Assembly (NCBI GenBank): GCA_051002775.1
Contig: JBPCLZ010000001.1
Span: 13,016-77,015, forward strand
Source: Pyrinomonadaceae bacterium
GTDB lineage: Bacteria > Acidobacteriota > Blastocatellia > Pyrinomonadales > Pyrinomonadaceae
DNA length: 64,000 nt
Reading direction: 5' to 3'
Of this stretch, positions 57,303 through 64,000 are shown piece by piece. The stretch's first letter is position 1; each line of letters begins with the position of its first letter. The translations under genes were made by a program, and so were the position numbers. Under the pieces are notes generated by a model. It made no database searches. It worked only from the letters and a program-made list of their open reading frames with translations, and was not told the origin of the DNA.

Positions 57303-58012
57303 TCCGCAACCTCGCCCATGATCAGCAGCGAGCCCGTTGCTCGGTACTCAAGAAAGTCTTCACGAGTTTTGAAACTGCCGCCTGCATAGTCTTCAGGGAC
57401 CGGTGTGGGATCATAAACGCGCTGGTCCGAAACGTTAACGAAACCGGCCGCTTCGAACTGCGAACGATACTCGTCAATGCTGAGGAGATGCACCGGAACT
57501 TTTAAGTCGGGAATCCACTGATGTGACGGCCGGTTCTCCTTGTAGAGATCAACCACGCAAGCGAACCGGCCACCGGGTTTGAGTACTCTCCAAATTTCCT
57601 GCAAAGCGCGCAAAATGTCACCGTAGTAATAAAGCGACTCCATTGAGAACGCATGGGTGAATTCATTTTCGGCAAAGGGGAGTCTTTCAGCACTGGCCTC
57701 GCGGAATTCCACATTGGGGAGCACTTCCGTCTCGCGGGACAGATCGACCATTTCATCCGAGATATCGATGCCGACGACGCGACCGTGCGCGGCATCCTGG
57801 GCCATTAACCTGGTCGCCCATCCGTTGCCACAGCCGACGTCAAGCACTCGGCCGTCGTCAGGGATTTCCAATAGCCGGATCGCCTGTTCGCCGACCGGTC
57901 GATGCCCTCTCTCCATACTTGGACCGCGCCCGGCGCGGACCCAATCGTTGAATTCGGCACGTAGGCGCTCGTCAGCTCCTTGAGCGTCGTCGGTTGAAGG
58001 TGCGGGAGACAT
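57299..58012 (-). CDS. Class I SAM-dependent methyltransferase
   Basis: 237 aa. Motif I VLDVGCGNGW, then ..VVGIDISDEMV.., ..LKPGGRF... Confidence 0.8.
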   Translation of the reverse strand: MSPAPSTDDAQGADERLRAEFNDWVRAGRGPSMERGHRPVGEQAIRLLEIPDDGRVLDVGCGNGWATRLMAQDAAHGRVVGIDISDEMVDLSRETEVLPNVEFREASAERLPFAENEFTHAFSMESLYYYGDILRALQEIWRVLKPGGRFACVVDLYKENRPSHQWIPDLKVPVHLLSIDEYRSQFEAAGFVNVSDQRVYDPTPVPEDYAGGSFKTREDFLEYRATGSLLIMGEVAE

Positions 58013-58114
58013 TTGTTTCTCCTTGAGATGTTTAAGGCGTGCTCCGGCCGGGACGACGCGAGATCAGCGATTCTATCGAGGTGTTGCTCCTACTGCTCAA
58101 AAGCAAACAAACAT

Positions 58115-59464
58115 TCAAGGTCGCAGGCGATAGAGCATACGGGGAAACGGAATCGTCTCACGCACGTGCTCGATGCCGCACATCCACGCGGTGCAGCGTT
58201 CGATGCCCATGCCAAAGCCGGCGTGAGGAACACTGCCATAGCGGCGCAAGTCGAGATACCACTCGAAAGCTTCCTGCGGCAACTCATGCAAGGCAATCTG
58301 TCCCTTGAGAAACTCCAGCGAAGTCGCGCGCTCGCCACCGCCAATCACTTCGCCGTAACCCTCCGGCGCCAGCACATCGACGCCCAATGCCAATTCATTT
58401 CGTTCCGGATCGCGCGCCATGTAGAACGCCTTAACTTCAGCCGGATAATGATGGACCATGACCGGCTTGTCAAAATGCGAAGAAATGTAAGTCTCGTCAG
58501 GAGCACCGAAATCACCGCCCCATTCAAAACGGGTTTCCATCAGCCCTTTGTCATGTCCTTCATGCAGCAGCTTCACCGCATCATCGTAATGCAGGCGTGG
58601 GAATGGCGGCACAATCGCTTCGAGCTTCGCGACGTCCCGCTCCAACACTTTCAATTCTTCAACGCGATCTTCCAACACCCGTGCTGCAATGAATGCAAGC
58701 ATTCTTTCCGCCAGCGTCATCACATCATCGAGCGTGGCGTAAGCCATTTCGGGCTCAACCATCCAGAACTCGGTCAGGTGACGACGTGTTTTTGACTTTT
58801 CCGCGCGGAAGGTAGGGCCGAAGCAATAGACTTTGCCAAACGCCGCCGCCGTTGCTTCGTTGTAAAGCTGGCCCGACTGCGTTAGGTAAGCTTTTTCGCC
58901 GTCGAAGTAATCCACTTCAAAAAGCGTGGTGGTACCTTCGCAGGCGGCGGGCGTAAAAATTGGCGCATCGGCAAGCGTGAAGCTGTCCTTATCAAAAAAG
59001 TCGCGCACCGCTTTCACTACCGTGTGGCGCACTTTCAGAATCGCATGTTGCCGGCGTGACCGGAGCCACAGATGGCGATGATCCATCAGAAACTCAGTGC
59101 CGTGTTCCTTGGGGGTAATTGGATAGTCGTGAACTTCGTGAAACACTTCGGCATCGATCAAATCGATCTCATAGCCGCCGGGTGCACGCGAATCTGCGCG
59201 TACGGTGCCGCGAATCGCGAGTGCCGACTCCTGACCAAGGCCCTTCAACGCCTCCCATACTTCTGGCGGTACGGAATTCTTCAGCGCTACACACTGCACT
59301 ACCCCCGTGCCGTCGCGCAGTTGCGGAAAAAGAATCTTGCCACTCGAGCGCAGGTTATAAAGCCAGCCCTTAATGGTCACTTCCCGGCCGACATGAGCTG
59401 AAAGCTCACTAATAAAAGTTCGATCCGATGTGACTCTCCCCAATGTGGTTGATTCGGTAGCCAT
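58115..59464 (-). CDS. asnS: Asparagine--tRNA ligase
   Basis: 449 aa class IIb synthetase. OB-fold N-terminus, [24 protein letters not shown] (AsnRS-type motif 2 region) and [27 protein letters not shown]. Type-2 AspRS is less likely. Confidence 0.8.
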   Translation of the reverse strand: MATESTTLGRVTSDRTFISELSAHVGREVTIKGWLYNLRSSGKILFPQLRDGTGVVQCVALKNSVPPEVWEALKGLGQESALAIRGTVRADSRAPGGYEIDLIDAEVFHEVHDYPITPKEHGTEFLMDHRHLWLRSRRQHAILKVRHTVVKAVRDFFDKDSFTLADAPIFTPAACEGTTTLFEVDYFDGEKAYLTQSGQLYNEATAAAFGKVYCFGPTFRAEKSKTRRHLTEFWMVEPEMAYATLDDVMTLAERMLAFIAARVLEDRVEELKVLERDVAKLEAIVPPFPRLHYDDAVKLLHEGHDKGLMETRFEWGGDFGAPDETYISSHFDKPVMVHHYPAEVKAFYMARDPERNELALGVDVLAPEGYGEVIGGGERATSLEFLKGQIALHELPQEAFEWYLDLRRYGSVPHAGFGMGIERCTAWMCGIEHVRETIPFPRMLYRLRP

Positions 59465-59507
59465 TTATGTTTTTAGTCTAGCGCGCCTGCTTTTAGTATT
59501 TCGATTT

Positions 59508-59599
59508 TCTCTGTGCGTCCTTTGTGTACTTTGTGTCTGTGGTGAGTCTTTATAAATCCTCACCACAGAGGCACGGACAACACAAAGGACGCACAGAGA
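59508..59599. repeat. 92-bp compound palindrome between asnS and the kinase gene
   Basis: Outer arms TCTCTGTGCGTCCTTTGTGT and ACACAAAGGACGCACAGAGA are a perfect 20-bp match. Inner arms are CTGTGGTGAG and CTCACCACAG. Confidence 0.85.
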
Positions 59600-59631
59600 T
59601 TAATTTCAAACCGCTTGTGTTATAGGGCGAA

Positions 59632-60741
59632 TCAGGTTCCGTTTAGTCTTTCTCTTATCGTACGTCGCAGCACGGAAAATCTGTCGAGCCAGTCCGCTGC
59701 TTGAAGCACTATGCACAACGTCGGGTGAATGAACCGCTCATAGTTGGCAGCGCGGCCACACACAGCCGTTTGATACGAGAAGGTGCCGATGGCTTTCAGC
59801 CCGCGCTGAATCGTCATCAAACGAAACTCCTGGGCGAATTCATCAGGATCGAGCGCGTCGAGTCCCAACAATCGCCGCTCCTCCAAAAGAAACAAACGAT
59901 AGGCGCGCAACTCGGCAAGCGACGGTGGTTCAGCGCGGCGATCCAACAAAAAGGACACAAGGTCGTAAGTGACCGGGCCCATGCGAGCATCCTGGTGGTC
60001 CACGACTCGCAGGCGGTTAGCCGGATCAACCATCAGGTTTGCCGCATGAAAATCCCGATGGCAAAGCACGCGCGGCCGCGCGGCGAGTTCAGCCGAGATG
60101 TCATTTAGTTCGGCCTTGAGTTCCGCGGCCTGAGCGTGACGCCAGGTTTCATGCCGCAGACTGCCAAAATAGTGTTCGAGAAAAAAGTCGAATTCCCACG
60201 AAAGCTTGGCCTCGTCAAACGCCAAACGACTGGCTATGGACTGTTGTTCAAAGGCGCTGGCTGTCGCCCTCTGTATTTGGGCGATGAGATTGACGGCTCG
60301 TTCCTTGTATTCGTCACACTCCTCCGCAGGCGACTCTTCATAAATCCGGAAGAGTGGCCGATCACCCAGGTCTTCCTGCACGATAATGCCGTGCTCGCCG
60401 TCAATCCAATAGATTTCCGGAACCGGTATGCCGTTGTGGATAAACAGCCGGCTTACATCCAAATAGGGATGCACATCCGGATCGAACGGCTCAGGATAAA
60501 CGGCGGCTACAGCCTTCCCCTTTTTCCAGGGAATGCGAAAGTAGCTGCGGGTCGAAGCATCAGGAGTAAGCGGCACAATTAACTTGCCGGGAGACCCCTG
60601 ACTCGCCAAAAAGCGCGTCAGTCGATCTTGTGGGGAAACCTCAGAACCATTCACAGGAACCTGTTTTGCTGAGCTCATTTGGGGAAACGACGGAACGTTC
60701 GATCCATTAAACGTTGGCGGGACCGGCCTCAGTCCCGCCAT
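59632..60741 (-). CDS. Aminoglycoside-phosphotransferase-fold kinase (AmgK-like anomeric MurNAc/GlcNAc kinase candidate)
   Basis: 369 aa. ..LTPDASTRSYFRI.., catalytic loop LCHRDFHAANLMV, and ..VVDHQDAR.GP..YDL.S.L.D. The alternative start Met22 (60678) is possible. Confidence 0.6.
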   Translation of the reverse strand: MAGLRPVPPTFNGSNVPSFPQMSSAKQVPVNGSEVSPQDRLTRFLASQGSPGKLIVPLTPDASTRSYFRIPWKKGKAVAAVYPEPFDPDVHPYLDVSRLFIHNGIPVPEIYWIDGEHGIIVQEDLGDRPLFRIYEESPAEECDEYKERAVNLIAQIQRATASAFEQQSIASRLAFDEAKLSWEFDFFLEHYFGSLRHETWRHAQAAELKAELNDISAELAARPRVLCHRDFHAANLMVDPANRLRVVDHQDARMGPVTYDLVSFLLDRRAEPPSLAELRAYRLFLLEERRLLGLDALDPDEFAQEFRLMTIQRGLKAIGTFSYQTAVCGRAANYERFIHPTLCIVLQAADWLDRFSVLRRTIRERLNGT

Positions 60742-60769
60742 TTTGCTTCACAATTTGCCCGCGATTGTA

Positions 60770-61750
60770 TCACCCAGTTAGAGGCACGACAAAATTGTCG
60801 CCGCGAAGATCCCCCCACAAAGCTTTTGCCGGTGGCTCTTTTCCTTTGACCAGCGACGCGCTAACAACGGCCGCATTTTCGATAATTGAACCCGCGGGAA
60901 TGCGAACGTTATCGGCAAGAATGGCCCGGCGGACGCGTGCACCGTCTTCAACTACTACGCTGTCCCACAATACTGCTTCGTTAACTTTCGCGGAAGTCGA
61001 GATGCGACAGTCGGAGCCTACACTGATGTCGGCGCCTGTCTGCTCTAATAGCTGCAAACTGATATCCAGATAGCGCTGTATCGTTGACAACTCATACCAG
61101 TTTCCTTGGGTAACGTGGAGCGCAACGCGCTCACCTTCGGCGACAGCCCGTGGGTAGACGTCTGTAGTCGAATGCGAGAACACACCGCGAGGAATGTAAT
61201 CGAAGATGGCGGGATCAAGTATCTGAATGCCGGTGAACATCAGCGGCGGATCCTGACCAACAAAATCCCCTGCGCTGGGCATGCCGCCAAAGCCGTCCAG
61301 CATTTCGTCCTTCGATTTCACGATCGAAAAACGTTGGCACGACGGGTTAGGCAAAACAACCAGCGTGGCCAGCGCATGCGTGCGACGATGCGTTTCTAAC
61401 GCTGAGTTAAGATTAATATCGGTAATTATCTTTCCATTGACAGCAATGAAAGTCTCGCCATCAAGCAAAGCGCGCGCGTTGTCGATGCCGCCACTCGTTC
61501 CCAGAATCTCTGGTTCCTCAACATAGTGGAGCTTGACTCCAAATTTACTGCCATCACCAAGCGCTCGGCGCACAGACTCCGGCCGATGATGAAGATTGAC
61601 CACTATCTCATCGCAACCGTACCGCGCGAGATACTCTGCCACATAACCAACCAGGGGCTTTCCAAGGATTGGAATGGCAGGTTTGGTGCGATCTTCCGTC
61701 AACGGCCACAGCCGCGTACCGTAGCCGGCGGAAAGAATCATTGCGCGCAT
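60770..61750 (-). CDS. Sugar-1-phosphate nucleotidyltransferase with C-terminal left-handed beta-helix (MurU / mannose-1-P guanylyltransferase-like)
   Basis: 326 aa. MRAMILSAGYGTRLWPLTEDRTKPAIPILGKPLV, then hexapeptide-like repeats near the C-terminus. Confidence 0.75.
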   Translation of the reverse strand: MRAMILSAGYGTRLWPLTEDRTKPAIPILGKPLVGYVAEYLARYGCDEIVVNLHHRPESVRRALGDGSKFGVKLHYVEEPEILGTSGGIDNARALLDGETFIAVNGKIITDINLNSALETHRRTHALATLVVLPNPSCQRFSIVKSKDEMLDGFGGMPSAGDFVGQDPPLMFTGIQILDPAIFDYIPRGVFSHSTTDVYPRAVAEGERVALHVTQGNWYELSTIQRYLDISLQLLEQTGADISVGSDCRISTSAKVNEAVLWDSVVVEDGARVRRAILADNVRIPAGSIIENAAVVSASLVKGKEPPAKALWGDLRGDNFVVPLTG

Positions 61751-61763
61751 GAAGGCTATTGTA

Positions 61764-61900
61764 GTGGCACGGACTTCACTCTGTGAAACTTAGTGGCATA
61801 GAATTTAGTCTGTGTCACGTACGGTGACACAAGCCTACAGTATGTCGTTTCTACAATGGACTGGGTTTTGGATCACTGCACAGACTGAAGTCTATGCCAC
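61764..61900. repeat. Repeat family D copy with inverted termini
   Basis: GTGGCATAGAATTTAGTCTGTG (61793-) pairs with CACAGACTGAAGTCTATGCCAC (-61900). An extra half-site, GTGGCACGGACTTCACTCTGTG, is at 61764. There is an inner hairpin GTGTCAC-GTACG-GTGACAC. Confidence 0.75.
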
Positions 61901-61907
61901 ACGGTTG

Positions 61908-62495
61908 CTAGGAAGCTTTCGACGCGTCGCGGATCATGAGATCGAATGTTCCCGGCGCAACTTTTCGAAACCTGGTGTTTCGATTGAGTGAGACTGCGAT
62001 GCTGATGGTGGGATTCTGACCAGTAAAGCGGAAACCGCCCTCAAGCAGGCGATTATAGATTTCATTTACGTGAAGAGCGCCCCCTTCTTCGCGTAGCAGC
62101 AAGGTTACCGCCTGGGGAATTGTGCGGTCTGTAAAACGATCGCTAATGGCTTCAGTGTTTGGGCGCAGCGAGGGAATTGGTTGGCGAGTTACCTCATGAG
62201 CCAGTGGCATGCGCGGACGCGCCGGAGATTGGCGCATCGCAGCTTCCAGTTCGGCGTCCGAGGGCAGGCCGCCAACCAACAGGTTGCTTGACGCCAATAC
62301 CGACGACAATAGGCGATAGATAGCCGCTTCCGTCTGACTGGCTAGCGTGTCCATCTCGGCCAATTCAGCACGCACGCTGTCCCCCTCAGCTTCAAGCTCG
62401 CGCAGCCGCGCCGCCAGATGCATACGCGCTGCTCGCGATTGGCGCAGGCTCTGTTCCAGCCGGGAAAGCAGATTCTCGTTGGGCCGATCAATCAT
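61908..62495 (-). CDS. Coiled-coil protein with C-terminal HARE-HTH-like winged-helix domain
   Basis: I use the start at ATG 62495 (MIDRPNENLL..). The 92 upstream codons of the track ORF overlap the polyprenyl synthase gene and a repeat. C-terminus: ..AVTLLLREEGGALHVNEIYNRLLEGGFRFTGQNPTISIAVSLNRNTRFRKVAPGTFDL. Confidence 0.55.
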   Translation of the reverse strand: MIDRPNENLLSRLEQSLRQSRAARMHLAARLRELEAEGDSVRAELAEMDTLASQTEAAIYRLLSSVLASSNLLVGGLPSDAELEAAMRQSPARPRMPLAHEVTRQPIPSLRPNTEAISDRFTDRTIPQAVTLLLREEGGALHVNEIYNRLLEGGFRFTGQNPTISIAVSLNRNTRFRKVAPGTFDLMIRDASKAS

Positions 62496-62536
62496 CGCGC
62501 AAATCTTAAAGGGATTTACCGGTTTGCACAATACTA

Positions 62537-62615
62537 TTTGGACTGCGACGGCTTGATCTTTTGACCCTGAATGCCAATCACACTGGAAAGCGGCGTCAAG
62601 CCGCCGCAGTCCAAA
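62537..62615. repeat. 20-bp inverted repeat pair downstream of the polyprenyl synthase gene
   Basis: TTTGGACTGCGACGGCTTGA pairs with TCAAGCCGCCGCAGTCCAAA (one mismatch), with a 39-nt spacer. Confidence 0.7.
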
Positions 62616-62622
62616 GACGCGC

Positions 62623-63642
62623 TTACCGGTCGCGGTCGAGAACATAGGTGGGAATTGCTTCCAGAGCCTGGGAATACTCCGAAGTTGGCAGATTTCCGAT
62701 AGCGAGACATGCGGCTTCCGCATATTCGTCCGCGCGAGCCCTGGCGCAATCGAGAGCGCCCAACCGCTCAAGTGCCTCGAGCAACTGTTGTCGCGGTACC
62801 CGCGCGTAGTCTCCGTCAGTCATGACGAGGTTGATAAGGTCGCGCGCCGAAGAATCGTTGGCCATCAAATAAATCAGCGGCAGAGTTACCTTTCCCCCTA
62901 GTAGATCAACGCCGACGCCCTTCCCCAGTGCGTCATCGCTCGAGGTAAAGTCCAGCAAGTCATCGGTGAGCTGAAAAGCCATGCCAAGATTGAAACCATA
63001 ATCGGCCAGCGCTTTCTGTTCGAGATCGCTTGCGCCGCCGAGTATGCCGCCGACTTCGCAACACGCGCTGAATAGATAGGCAGTCTTCCTTTGAATAATG
63101 TCGACGTACTGCTGCTCGGAAACGTCAGTGCGCTTCAATGTGGTTAACTGAAGTAACTCGCCTTCCGTCATTTTGCGTGTGACGCGCGTGAGTATGTCCA
63201 GGATCGGCAATGATCGCTCGGCGAGACTGGTTTCAAAAGCCGACATGTATAGCCAGTCGCCCATCAGCACCGCAGTTTCATTTCCGTAAAGCGCGTTGAC
63301 AGTTGGACGGTTCCTGCGCGTATCGGCGCTATCGATGATGTCGTCATGGACCAGCGTGGCTGTGTGCAAAAACTCCATGACCGTGGCCATGCGAATGGAG
63401 TTGTAACGTGAACCATCACCACCAACCGCATAGTTTGAAAGTATGGTCAGTGCCGGCCTGACTCGTTTGCCACCCGACTCGCGCAGGTACTCGCCCAGGT
63501 ACGCAATCACCTGAACGTTGGACTGCGCCTGGCGCTCAAACTCCGCTTCAACCTGAGCGAGGTCCGCTCCGATCAGACTAAAGATGCGCTTCGCGGAGAG
63601 CTTTGCTTCTTCAAGTACTGCGCTTTGTTCCGTCGCGTGCAT
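62623..63642 (-). CDS. Polyprenyl diphosphate synthase (trans-IPPS, long-chain type; chain length not determinable here)
   Basis: 339 aa. First DDxxD region LHTATLVHDDIIDSADTRRNRPT and second FQLTDDLLDF. Confidence 0.85.
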   Translation of the reverse strand: MHATEQSAVLEEAKLSAKRIFSLIGADLAQVEAEFERQAQSNVQVIAYLGEYLRESGGKRVRPALTILSNYAVGGDGSRYNSIRMATVMEFLHTATLVHDDIIDSADTRRNRPTVNALYGNETAVLMGDWLYMSAFETSLAERSLPILDILTRVTRKMTEGELLQLTTLKRTDVSEQQYVDIIQRKTAYLFSACCEVGGILGGASDLEQKALADYGFNLGMAFQLTDDLLDFTSSDDALGKGVGVDLLGGKVTLPLIYLMANDSSARDLINLVMTDGDYARVPRQQLLEALERLGALDCARARADEYAEAACLAIGNLPTSEYSQALEAIPTYVLDRDR

Positions 63643-63673
63643 TCGTATTTACGGTCGACTCGCCTTGCTTTGA

Positions 63674-64000
63674 TCAGTTCGTTCGGTAATTCGAAAACTG
63701 CATGTCTATGCCGAAATCTTTTGCTTTGAGTTTGGCAATGATGTCCTGAAGCGTGTCACGGTCCTTCCCGGAAACGCGCACCACGTCGCCCTGAATTGAA
63801 GCCTGTAACTTGGCCTTCGAATCTTTGATGAACTTTACAACTTCCTTGGCCTTCTCTTGCGGGATGCCCTGTTGAATCTGCACATGTTGCCTGACCGTCC
63901 CACCGGCGGCTGGATCAACGTTGCCATAACTTAAGGCCTTGAGCGGTACACCACGCCGTACGAGCTTTTGCTGAAAAATGTCATTCATGTTTCGCAGCTT
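63674..64000 (-). CDS. yajQ: YajQ-family (UPF0234) nucleotide-binding protein, C-terminal part; 5' end outside window
   Basis: ..QQGIPQEKAKEVVKFIKDSKAKLQASIQGDVVRVSGKDRDTLQDIIAKLKAKDFGIDMQFSNYR matches the YajQ C-terminal half. The frame stays open to the window edge. Confidence 0.75.
   Translation of the reverse strand, partial: KLRNMNDIFQQKLVRRGVPLKALSYGNVDPAAGGTVRQHVQIQQGIPQEKAKEVVKFIKDSKAKLQASIQGDVVRVSGKDRDTLQDIIAKLKAKDFGIDMQFSNYRTN

Noticed and set aside
58013-58795. 260-aa plus-strand ORF
   Set aside because: It is antisense to the well-supported asnS gene. It has no motifs and a shadow-frame composition.
62496-62771. Upstream 92 codons of the 287-aa ORF
   Set aside because: They overlap the 3' end of the polyprenyl synthase gene and run through the 62537-62615 inverted repeat.

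Overview
This 64-kb window looks like a chromosomal segment. Its gene content, including two proteins of the 'VWFA-related acidobacterial domain' type, suggests an Acidobacteriota genome (inference, not proof).

I can support about 57 protein-coding genes, mostly housekeeping:
- Lipid and carboxylase genes: psd-pssA, accA, an acyl-CoA carboxyltransferase beta subunit, an SDR.
- Replication, repair and segregation: dnaE, ssb, recO, ruvX, parAB.
- Nucleotide, methyl-cycle and central metabolism: guaA, metK-ahcY, tal, arginase, a polyprenyl synthase.
- Translation: miaB, asnS.
- Transport and envelope: modABC, a fused lptF/lptG permease, mltG, ddl, an amgK/murU-like pair, a DUF1343 (NamZ-like) gene, an S41 protease.
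- Proteolysis: hslVU.

I saw no rRNA, tRNA, CRISPR array, transposase or integrase.

Intergenic DNA carries several families of palindromic, MITE/REP-like repeats. Some are nested inside each other. Some abut or supply stop codons, and some create spurious ORF extensions.

Three accessory genes are interrupted by frameshifts: a C26 amidotransferase-type hydrolase, a small TIR-domain gene and a retropepsin-like protease.

The most interesting block is a 7.5-kb minus-strand cluster (9784-17323). It encodes:
- a cholesterol-oxidase-like GMC flavoenzyme;
- a polytopic-membrane metallophosphoesterase;
- an alpha/beta hydrolase with Cys at the nucleophile elbow;
- a chimeric protein.
The first and last share a private ~190-aa C-terminal module. 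I cannot assign the cluster to any characterised pathway.

Lesser candidates are a translationally coupled methyltransferase-LOG-AIM24 operon and a block of secreted hypothetical proteins ending in a VWA protein.

All functional calls come from reading the translations against remembered family motifs. No database search was run.
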